Assembly (NCBI GenBank): GCA_030390025.1 | Contig: CM059432.1 | Coordinates: forward strand, 147,066,001 to 147,130,000 | Reading direction: 5' to 3' | Source of the DNA: Squalus acanthias | Lineage: Eukaryota | Length of the DNA stretch: 64,000 nt | Shown here: positions 50,205-60,617 of the stretch, piece after piece | Layout: each line of letters starts with the position of its first letter | Position numbering within the stretch: the first letter of the stretch is position 1 | Position numbers and translations under genes: made by a program | Notes under the pieces: generated by a model | Database searches by the model: none | The model's input: the letters and a program-made list of their open reading frames with translations, nothing else | What the model was told of the DNA's origin: nothing

Positions 50205-50392
50205 CGCACAACACCAGGTTATAGTCCAACAGCTTTATTTGAAATCACAAGCTTTCGGAGCGCTGCTCTTTCGTCAGGTGAAGGAGCAGCGCTCCGAAAG
50301 CTTGCGATTTCAAATAAAACTGTTGGACTATAACCTGGTGTTGTGCGACTTCTCACTTTTGTCCACCCCAGTCCAACACCGGCATCTCCGCA
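50205..50392. mobile_element. Short Penelope-derived insertion (family 2) forming an inverted pair
   Basis: Arms of ~65 bp; 13-bp TSD tcaaaagagaaga. Confidence 0.85.
50245..50281 (-). ncRNA. Minimal hammerhead ribozyme, family 2, with one stem II mismatch
   Basis: UCAC-CUGACGA-A-AGAGC agc GCUCC-GAA-AGCU-U-GUGA. Confidence 0.75.
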
Positions 50393-51007
50393 TCAAAAGA
50401 GAAGATACCAGTATAGTAAAGGACAGCTCAAGATGGGGCCTGGCACTGAGGGCCATGCCCCCATCGTGATAAATAGGAAACTATAAAAGTGACTACTGAT
50501 GGTTACTAACCTGAAGTGCTTTGTGACATCTTCAGCATGTTGTTAAGGCATTGTATAAGTGCAATTCCTTCCTTCCTTCCCTCTCACAGTGAAGCAGTAA
50601 CAAAATAAAAGTCTTCCACCTTGTTTTATTGGGTGGTTACTTATTTTATTAGGGCATCTATTTCAGCCAAAGAGAGGAGGCTCTTATCCCATCACTCTGA
50701 ATTGATTTCAAAGACATTTCCAAGAAGTCAGATTCTATCACAGTACACCATCCAGTATCATTATCTAATGACTTTAAAAGTAGAACATCACTGTCATTGC
50801 AGAAATGTGCCTCGGAGTAGTGTTAATATGCTTGACAAGCTGCAGCTGTGCACTGACCACTAGAAGAATGAACGTGCCCACAGACACTAACTGGTATAAA
50901 TGCTGCACTGTGGGCCATTTTGGCTATGCAATATATAATTTTTGTCAAGAGAGAGAGAGAGTAGAAGGTATAAAACAATTTTGGATTAAGAGCCACAGGT
51001 TACTATA

Positions 51008-51108
51008 ATAAATAAAAACAGAAAATGCTGGAAATACTCAGCAGGTCAGGCAGGATCTGTGGAGAGAGAAACAGAGTTAACGTTTCAGGTCGATGACCCT
51101 TCGTCAGA
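51008..51108 (-). mobile_element. ~100-bp Penelope-derived insertion (family 1)
   Basis: Matches 11885-11988; TSD acagg(t/c)tactata. Confidence 0.82.
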
Positions 51109-51110
51109 AC
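51076..51110 (-). ncRNA. Minimal hammerhead ribozyme, family 1
   Basis: GUU-CUGACGA-A-GGGUC auc GACCU-GAA-ACGU-U-AAC. Confidence 0.8.
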
Positions 51111-51529
51111 AGGCTACTATAGATGGTGCAGGTTCAGGGAAAAGTGGTCTCTATGGAGTGGAGAAAGAGACCAATGCCCACAGGGTGAATCAGGCATGAG
51201 ATGCCAGTACGTATGAGGCCAACGTCCATGTGGATGAAGATATGAGACTTTGGGGGGAAAAGTACAGAGGAAGAAATGAGAATGAGTGTGATTGTAGCCA
51301 GCCATTTATGAAGGTCATGAAAGTTATTTATAGTGGAAGCTACTGATAACAATCACAAGGTAATTATAGATGAGAAATGCCACTTGGCCCAGCCAAATTC
51401 ATCAATACAGTAAGGTCCTAAAGTCCTCCAATTGTATCTTATGCTTCCAGGGTTTTCACCTCCACTATTCTATCTGGAATTTTATTCCATATATTGAAGA
51501 AAGGAAAGAACATTCATTTACATTAAACT

Positions 51530-52975
51530 CTGCTTGGAGACCAGTTACCAGTGGTGTTCCACAGGGATTGGGTGTAGGGTTGAGGGAATGATCCGCGAGG
51601 TTGCGGATGATACAGAATTATGTGCGAGTGTTAGAACTGTAGAGGATGCTCAACTACTGCAAGCAGATCTCAACGTGTCGGGGGATTGGGCCTGTGTTTG
51701 GCAAATGATGTTTAACTAAAGTAAATGCAGTGGTATGCCCGAAGGCCGCTCTAATGCTAAATAAACATACACCCTACAGGGAACTGAACTAAAGCCAGTG
51801 GTGAAAGAAAAAGATCTAGAAACATAGAAAAATAGGAGCAGGAGTAGGCCATTCGGCCCTTCGAGCCTGCTCCGCCATTCAGTATGATCATGGCTGATCC
51901 TCTATCTCAATACCATATTCCCGCTCTCTCCCCATACCCCTTGATGCCTTTTGTGTCTAGAAATCTATCTATCTCCTTCTCAAATATATTCAGTGACTTG
52001 GCCTCCACAGCCTTCTGTGGTAGAGAATTCCACAGGTTCACCACCCTCTGAGTGAAGAAATTTCTCCTCATCTCAGTCCTAAATGTCCTACCCCATATCC
52101 TGGGACTGTGACCCCTTGTTCTAGACCCCCCAGCCAGGGGAAACATCCTCCCTGCATCCAGTCTGTCTAGCCCGGTCAGAATTTTATACGTTTCAATGAG
52201 ATCCCCTCTCATTCTTCTAAACTCTAGTGAATACAGGCCCAGTCGACCCAATCTCTCCTCATACGACAGTCCTGCCATCCCAGGAATCAGTCTGGTGAAC
52301 CTTCGCTGCACTCCCTCTATGGCAAGTATATCCTTTCTTAGGTAAGGAGACCAAAACTGCACACAGTACTCCAGGTGTCGTCTCACCAAAGCCCTGTATA
52401 ACTGTAGTAAGACATCCTTGATCCTGTACTCAAATCCTCTTGCAATGAAGGCCAACATACCATTTGCCTTCCTAACTGCCTGCTGCACCTGCATGTTTGC
52501 TTTCAGTGACTGGCGTACAAGGACACCCAGGTCCCTTTGTACATCAACATTTCCCAATCTATCACCATTTAAATAATACTCTGCCTTTCTGTTTTTCCTA
52601 CTGAAGTGGATAACTTCATATTTATCCATGTTATACTGCATCTGCCATGTATTTGCCCACTCACTCTAGATGGTTCAGTGCATCGCTCTCTAAAGGTTCA
52701 TGACCAATGCCGAAAAGTTATGGCTAAATCGAACAGGGCGCTAGACTGCAGTCACAGGACAACTCACTACAAAACAAAGCATATCATTTTTGACCTTGTA
52801 CAAGACCTTGGTTGGACCTCATCTGGAATACTGTGTTCAGTTTTGGTCCCCTCACCTGGTGGGGGATATTGAGGCTTTGAAACAGGTACAGAAGTGGGCC
52901 ACAAGATCGATTCCTAATTTAAAACACCTTAGCTGCCCAGATAGGCTTAAAGAGGTCTGTATACTTTGTAGAAGC
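51530..52975 (+). mobile_element. Old CR1 fragment split by a younger CR1
   Basis: WRPVTSGVPQG, VADDTEL and LVGPHLEYCVQFWSP. Confidence 0.75.
51821..52664 (-). mobile_element. CR1 3' fragment, same subfamily as 2812-3378
   Basis: ORF 51907..52641; TSD tctaga. Confidence 0.93.
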
Positions 52976-53259
52976 TTAGGCCAGAATTTTACCTGCAAAG
53001 AGTGAGTGGGTTTGCGAGCGGGTGGGAAGTTCAAAGTGCTGAAATTGACAGCGCGTCGGAAAGCCGGCAGCAACCCGTTGGCTTCTGCCTTTAACTCGAG
53101 CCCGTTTGGCTGCGAGTGAGAAACCCCCTCGGCAGAGGCAGGTTAGCAATTTAAAACAATTTAGAGCTAATCACGAGCCTTTTTTACCTGGGGTTTCAAG
53201 TTTTACTGTGTGTGCACGGGATTCCCGGGCTTCCTAACGGACGGCAGCTTTTGACACGT

Positions 53260-53545
53260 TAGAACCCCTGCGACTTCACCTCATTGTCTCAGTTGTATCT
53301 TGCTATGTCTTTTGATGTGGTACCTTCCTGGCTGACTTAATTAACTTTATCACACCTCGGCAGATAGTCAGGATGATTTAATTTATTGGTCTGCAATTGT
53401 AAAGTACACATGCTTTTTTTTCCATCTATATATGCTCTGACGATTCTGTATCCAATTTACTTCACCTGAGGAAGGAGCGATAGTTCCGAAAGCTTGTGAT
53501 TTCAAATAAAACTGTTGGACTATAACCTGGTGTTGTGCGACCTCT
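53260..53545 (+). mobile_element. Penelope-derived pLTR fragment (family 2)
   Basis: 53470-53541 matches 50280-50350; the 5' boundary is approximate. Confidence 0.7.
53462..53499 (+). ncRNA. Minimal hammerhead ribozyme, family 2 variant
   Basis: UCAC-CUGAGGA-A-GGAGC gaua GUUCC-GAA-AGCU-U-GUGA. Confidence 0.82.
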
Positions 53546-53731
53546 CAATTTTTTCCTAAATCTCGCCAGTGCAAGCAAGGTGAGAGCACAGTGGTAATTG
53601 AGGAGGCTGAACAAATGACAGTCAAAAAAGCCCACAAGTACTCGCATTTTCACACCTGCATCCTTGCTTCAGGGAAAGGCTTTTGCTCACACCACTTGTT
53701 CCGAGAGTTTGCAGGTGATTTCTACAACTTT

Positions 53732-56089
53732 GGAGGTCACCCTCAGTACACTGGAGGTCACTCTCAGTACACTGGAGGTCACGCTCAGTATACTGGAGGT
53801 CACTCTCAGTACACTGGAGGTCACGCTCAGTACACTGGAGGTCACCCTCAGTACACTGGAGGTCAGCCTCAGTACACTGGAGGTCAGCCTCAGTACACTG
53901 GAGGTCACCCTCAGTACACTGGAGGTCACGCTCAGTACACTGGAGGTCAGCCTCAGTACACTGGAGGTCAGCCTCAGTACACTGGAGGTCACTCTCAGTA
54001 CACTGGAGGTCACCCTCAGTACACTGGAGGTCACTCTCAGTACACTGGAGGTCAGCCTCAGTACACTGGAGGTCAGCCTCAGTACACTGGAGGTCACTCT
54101 CAGTACACTGGAGGTCACGCTCAGTACACTGGAGGTCACCCTCAGTACACTGGAGGTCAGCCTCAGTACACTGGAGGTCAGCCTCAGTACACTGGAGGTC
54201 ACCCTCAGTACACTGGAGGTCACGCTCAGTACACTGGAGGTCAGCCTCAGTACACTGGAGGTCAGCCTCAGTACACTGGAGGTCACTCTCAGTACACTGG
54301 AGGTCACCCTCAGTACACTGGAGGTCACTCTCAGTACACTGGAGGTCACCCTCAGTACACTGGAGGTCACCCTCAGTACACTGGAGGTCAGCCTCAGTAC
54401 ACTGGAGGTCACGCTCAGTACACTGGAGGTCAGCCTCAGTACACTGGAGGTCAGCCTCAGTACACTGGAGGTCAGCCTCAGTACACTGGAGGTCACTCTC
54501 AGTACACTGGAGGTCGCCCTCAGTACACTGGAGGTCACTCTCAGTACACTGGAGGTCACCCACAGTACACTGGAGGTCAGCCTCAGTACACTGGAGGTCA
54601 CGCTCAGTACACTGGAGGTCACTCTCAGTACACTGGAGGTTAGCCTCAGTACATTGGAGGTCACCCTCAGTACACTGGAGGTCACACTCAGTACACTGGA
54701 GGTCACCCTCAGTACACTGGAGGTCAGCCTCAGTACACTGGAGGTCACTCTCAGTACACTGGAGGTCAGCCTCAGTACACTGGAGGTCAGCCTCAGTACA
54801 CTGGAGGTCACCCTCAGTACACTGGCGGTCAGCCTCAGTACACTGGAGGTCAGCCTCAGTACACTGGAGGTCGCTCTCAGTACACTGGAGGTCACTCTCA
54901 GTACACTGGAGGTCGCCCTCAGTACACTGGAGGTCAGCCTCAGTACACTGGAGGTCACTCTCAGTACACTGGAGGTCAGCCTCAGTACACTGGAGGTCAC
55001 GCTCAGTACACTGGAGGTCAGCCTCAGTACACTGGAGGTCAGCCTCAGTACACTGGAGGTCAGCCTCAGTACACTGGAGGTCACTCTCAGTACACTGGAG
55101 GTCACTCTCAGTACACTGGAGGTAACTCTCAGTACACTGGAGGTCGCGCTCAGTACACTGGAGCTCGCCCTCAGTACACTGGAGGTCGCCCTCAGTACAC
55201 TGGAGGTCACTCTCAGTACACTGGAGGTCACCCTCAGTACACTGGAGGTCACCCTCAGTACACTGGAGGTCACCCTCAGTACACTGGAGGTCAGCCTCAG
55301 AACACTGGAGGTCAGCCTCAGTACACTGGAGGTCAGCCTCAGTACACTGGAGGTCAGCCTCAGAACACTGGAGGTCAGCCTCAGTACACTGGAGGTCAGC
55401 CTCAGTACACTGGAGGTCACTCTCAGTACACTGGAGGTCGCCCTCAGTACACTGGAGGTCACTCTCAGTACACTGGAGGTCACTCTCAGTACACTGGAGG
55501 TTAGCCTCAGTACACTGGAGGTCACTCTCAGTACACTGGAGGTTAGCCTCAGTACACTGGAGGTCAGCCCTCAGTACACTGGAGGTCAGCCTCAGTACAC
55601 TGGAGGTCACGCTCAGTACACTGGAGGTCACTCTCAGTACACTGGAGGTTAGCCTCAGTACACTGGAGGTTAGCCTCAATAAACTGGAGGTCACCCTCAG
55701 TACACTGGAGGTCAGCCTCAGTACACTGGAGGTCAGCCTCAGTACACTGGAGGTCAGCCTCAGTACACTGGAGGTCACCCTCAGTACACTGGAGGTCAGC
55801 CTCAGTACACTGGAGGTCGCTCTCAGTACACTGGAGGTCGCTCTCAGTACACTGGAGGTCGCCCTCAGTACACTGGAGGTCAGCCTCAGTACACTGGAGG
55901 TCATGCTCAGTACACTGGAGGTCAGCCTCAGTACACTGGAGGTCAGCCTCAGTACACTGGAGGTCACCCTCAGTACACTGGAGGTCACCCTCAGTGCACT
56001 GGAGGTCACTCTCAGTACACTGGAGGTCGCGATCAGTACACTGGAGCTCGCCCTCAGTACACTGGAGGTCGCCCTCAGTACACTGGAGG
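53732..56089. repeat. 21-bp minisatellite, 112 units: ggaggtc-NNN-ctcagtacact
   Basis: 53732 to 56085 is 112x21+1, consistent with the single extra C at ~55568. Confidence 0.97.
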
Positions 56090-56136
56090 ATTGTACATCT
56101 GATCTCCACTTTACATCTGTCATATATCAGATCAGC

Positions 56137-57048
56137 ATGGGTGCTGCTTATGCTGATGAGGACCACGATGAGCACCAGCAGCAACAACACCAGCAGCACC
56201 AGCAGGAGCAGCAGCAGCCTTCTCTTCACTGATCTGCCGCTCCACAGGAGAGAGGGGATGAGCACAGGGGTGCACCTCGCAGGAGGCAATACACCCAACA
56301 CAGGGTATATAGGCAGAGGATCAGCTTCCTGGACATGACTGAACACCAGTGCCTCGGGAGACTCAGGCTATCGCGTCAGGTTGTGACAGACATTTGTAGC
56401 CTGCTGGAAGAAGACCTGCTGTCAAATGGACCTGGTGGACATGTGTCATCAGTAGCTGTCAAAGTAACCACCGCCCTCAACTTCTTCACCTCAGGCTCCT
56501 TCCAGGGATCTGCAGGAGATATTTGCAGGATTTCGCAGTCGGCTGCCCAAAAATGCATTACCCAGGTGACCGATGCCATTTTTGCCACTTATGTCAGAAT
56601 GAGCGGGCGCTCAGATTTGTGGCTCTGGCTGGCTTCCCACAGGTGCAGGGCATCATCGACTGCACACATGTGGTGATCAAGGCACCTCCAGATCACCCAG
56701 CAGTGTTTGTGAACCGTAAGGGCTTCCACTCCATCAATGTGCAGCTCGTCTGCTACCACAAAAACCACATGCAATGTGTGCCAGATTCTCAGGGAGCTGT
56801 CATGATTCATTCATCCTGCGCCAGTCCACCCTCCCTCAGCTCTTCGCACCTCCGACCAGACTTACCGGCTGGCTGCTGGAGACAAGGGGTATCCACTGAA
56901 GACTTGGCTGATGACACCCTTGAGGAGGCCAAGCAATGAGGCCGAAGAGCGTTACAATGAAAGCCAAATGACAATGAGATGTGTAACAGAGCAAGCAATC
57001 AGAATGCTGAAGAAGTGCTTCAGATGCCTGGACAGATCTGGAGGAGCT
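56137..57048 (+). pseudogene. Harbinger DDE transposase, 3'-truncated
   Basis: MGAAY..poly[66 protein letters not shown]. Confidence 0.88.
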
Positions 57049-57049
57049 C

Positions 57050-57705
57050 GTTAAGCCCGCCCAGCTTAATTTTTGACAGATGAATTGTCATCGTTTGACA
57101 GCTCTGTGAAGCTGTCAAACACTGACATTCTCTGCAGTTTGATGAGGTCTTGAATACAAGACCTCATCAAACTTCTTTCTTTTACAGAAATGAGATGGTT
57201 GTTGCATCTGAGAATGCAACGGCCATCTGTCATCTCTACCGCGGAGGTCCGAGACTCTCCGCATACACACCGACTGAAGCCTGCAGGAAGAAACAAAGGT
57301 AAGTAAACTTTTAAAAACACTTTGCACTTACCTCAGATACTCACCTCTCCACACTCGCACCCATCACTTACCTTCACACCACACTTTTGCGCCCCCCCCA
57401 CCCCGACCCCTGCAGACCCAGTACTCGCCTTGCTGAGCTGGTGGGTTTCGGAGCCTTCGGGAAGCCCGCACTTGTGAGGTCAAAAAGGGGATAATCCTAT
57501 TTTCTGCCTGTTAACTACCTGTTAACAGGCAGTTAATAGGCTTTAATCCCTTCCCACCTCCAAGGGTGGGGACGGCAACCCGCCTCCTAGGAAGATGGCA
57601 CGGAGGCGGGTTGGGGGCGGGTTGGGCACCTGCCCCAAAATTCTGACATTTTCCCAGCAATCCCGCCTCCATACCCGCCTCCCCAGGGATGGCAAGATCG
57701 CCCCC
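57050..57705 (+). mobile_element. Non-autonomous Harbinger-like element, right part; same family as 10962-11580
   Basis: Homology to 11098-11555; TIR-like ggcaagatcgccccc. Confidence 0.7.
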
Positions 57706-57765
57706 GTTAACTCTGTTTCTCTCTCCTTAGATGCTGCCTGACCTGCTGAGTATTTCTATCTTTAT
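57706..57765 (+). mobile_element. Penelope pLTR fragment (family 1)
   Basis: gttaactctgtttctctctcc..gatgctgcctgacctgctgag. Confidence 0.7.
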
Positions 57766-59429
57766 TATGTGAAATTAATTAATTTATTAATTAGTAAATT
57801 ATGAATGAACTGACTATTCAGTCGCAGCTTCAGTCAGTTCAGTGGCAGAGTATTATATGCATATTACTGTTGTTTTGAAATCACTTTCCAATGTCACCTG
57901 CAGTTCCTGTCCCTCTCACTCATATTACTGGCAGTGAATTTCTCAATGCATTCCTTCGCGTCTGATGGCCAGCATCAAAGGGCTGGTTCCATGGTCGGGC
58001 ATTGCCAGTGCAGGATGGCATTCGGAGGAAGTGCTGGCTGGGAAATCTTTTTTCTGATGTATGACAAGCAGAAGCAGTCAAAGTATTCCCAGTGTGTTCT
58101 CCCTGATGCTTTAAAGATTGTCAATATTGGCAGCTTAGGTTTATACACCCTAGGTATACTAATGTAGCCTAATATTCTATTTGCCTTGGCAACAGAGGCT
58201 ATATAAGGTGGCCACACAAGATAGAATTTCTATGATGTGCGCAGAAATGTTCGAATGCAGACTTTGCATCTGCCAATCACCTGCTAACCTCTGGCTTCTG
58301 CTAATTTTAATATTCAGTATAAGCTGTGCATCTGAAATACGAGTAGTGCTGGGAGCTTGCACAGTGGGGAGGTGGGATTTAGTTCACTACTGCAGCAATG
58401 TATAGGACTAAGGAGAAGTGGTTATTTAAAGGTAAAGGGTCAAATATGAGGGTCAAAAATAATTAATGTAATTATTGTGTAACTCCGCTCGCCGACTGCC
58501 TGTTGAGCACTTCAACTAAAAATTGACCGCAGTGACTTGCATCTTTGCACTGAGTGTTAATTGATGCTGCAGATATCCCCTGCGGTGTCTTGGGAGTTAC
58601 CAGAGGCATAAAAGTTCAGGACAGTGGTGACCTTGACTGCCACTCGCAATCCTGTCCTTGGTGATGGTGGTTAACTGCAACTTTGTCACCGTCTCCCTTG
58701 TAAAGCACAGCCTGTGAAGGCAGTTCTCTTCAGACATTCACATGGCCATACGGGTAACGGAGAGGGTTGCCGGTTGGCCTCTCTTGTCAGTGAATGTCCC
58801 TCGCATTTCTTCCTTCAGTCTCTTCTTCCTCTTTGTCCCAGGGCCCTACTTTTGCGTTCCAGTCGGTAATGTAAAAGCATGAGATTCAACGGCGTCTTTT
58901 CTTTTAAGATATATTTGAATCCTTTCTTATCCATGTTTCCTAACAGTCAGAAAGAACAACATTTTGTGCAAAATTTCATTACATCTAATTTGCATAAGAT
59001 TGATTATTAAAATGAAGCTCTCAGGTGGGCAAAGTTTTTAAGCCAGATTGGGTTCAATTTATGTGATCACCGCCCAATTTCTCTCTCACTCGATTCTTAT
59101 CTGTTTTGTACCATCCTACAAGTGAGAGGGTAGGGAGGTTGGCTTGTTGAAATGGGTCAAACTTACAAAGAGAGTGGTGAAAAGGAATATAGGTTTTACC
59201 AAATATAGAAATAATCAGTATGCTGTTTTATCTCGATAACTAGTCCAACGGTGTTGCACAGGGAGAGTCAAGACCATGTGTAATGTTCAGGTTATGCAGG
59301 GTTAGGGGGATGGGAGATAGCTGGAGGGGAAAGGAAGGAGGCAAAGGAGGGGAGAGAGGAAAGCACAGGGATTGGGGAGGGTAAGTTTGGGAGAGGAGGC
59401 GTACAGAAGTACAGCTTGGTGGCGGAGAA

Positions 59430-60447
59430 TAGGAACATTGGAACATTAGTAGGCCAGTTCCTCCATTTAATTAGATCATTGCTGATCTGTACCTCAACTG
59501 GGTCATTGAGGCTGGGTCATTGAATATATTTAAGATGGAGATAGACAGATTTTGGAACGATAAGGGAGTCAAGGGTTAGGGGGAGCGGGCAGGGAAGTGG
59601 AGTTGAGGCCAAGATCAGATCAGCTATGATCTTATTGAATGGCGGAGCAGGCTCGAGGGGCCGAATGACCTACTCCTGCTCCTACGTTTTATGTTCTTAT
59701 GTTCAACTCCATTTACCCTCCTTCGATCCATATCCCTTGATGCCCTTACCTACTAAAAATCTATTGATTTCAGTCTTGAAAGCTTAAATTGTCCCAGCAT
59801 CCACAGCCTTTTGAGGGAGAGAATTCCACATTTGCACGACCCATTGTGTGTAAAGAAAGGTTCCTGATTTCACTCCACAATGGCCTGGCTCTAATTTAAA
59901 ATTGTGTGCCCCTGTTCCGGCTTCACCCACTACAGGAAATAGCTTCTGTGTACCGATTCTTTCAAATCCTTTTATTATTTTACATACCTCAATTACATCA
60001 CCCATCGACCTTCTAAGCTCAAGGTAATACAACTAAAGTTTGTGCAACTTGCCCTCATGAATTAACGCTTTAAACCCCGGTATCATTCTGGTGAATCTGC
60101 GCAACACCCCCTCCAAGGCCAATATATCCTTCTTCAGGTGCGGTGTCCAGAACTGATCACAGTTACTCCAGATAGGGTCTGACCAAGGCTCTGTACAACT
60201 GAAGCATAACTTCTTCCCTTTAGTCTTTCAACTCTCTTGAAATAAAGGACAACATTCCATTACCCTTTTTAATTACATTTTTCACTTGTGCACTAGTTTT
60301 AATAATTTATGTACCTAGACACCCAAATCCCTTTGCTCATCCACAGTTTCTAGTCTCTCGCCTATAAGAAAATATTCTGATTTATCTTTCTTGGATCCAA
60401 AGTAGATTACCTCACACTTCCCCACATTAAACTCCATCTGCCCACTC
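59430..60447 (-). mobile_element. Old CR1 3' part with a (+) CR1 tail (59500-59702) nested in its 3' UTR
   Basis: ORF 59784..60032; TSD tcaact. Confidence 0.82.
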
Positions 60448-60617
60448 ATTCATTCATGGGATCTGGGCGTCACTGGTAAGGCCAGCATTTATTGTCCATC
60501 CCTAATTGCCCCTTGAGAAGGTGGTGGTGAGCCTCCTTCTTGAACCACTGCAGTCCGTGTGGTGAAGGTACTCCCACAGTGCTGTTAGGGAGGGAGTTCC
60601 AGATTTGACACTTTGAC

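Larger units (their letters stand above)
52979..57048 (+). mobile_element. Harbinger left part: TIR, leader containing the minisatellite, truncated transposase
   Basis: TIR-like ggccagaattttacc; transposase motifs downstream. Confidence 0.75.

Noticed and set aside
50281..50310. A sixth hammerhead on the plus strand
   Set aside because: It is truncated and lacks the CUGANGA core and the 5' strand of stem I.
53732..56089. CRISPR array
   Set aside because: Linkers are only 3 nt and recurrent, there are no cas genes, and the context is vertebrate; it is a minisatellite.
53591..56346. Long ORFs (350, 612, 833 and 260 aa) as host genes
   Set aside because: They are the expected by-product of a 21-bp unit that is stop-free in most frames; only the transposase-linked frame is kept as a hypothesis.
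15759..57048. Domesticated HARBI1/NAIF1/MSANTD host genes
   Set aside because: All copies have stops, frameshifts or insertions and lie within TIR-bearing elements.
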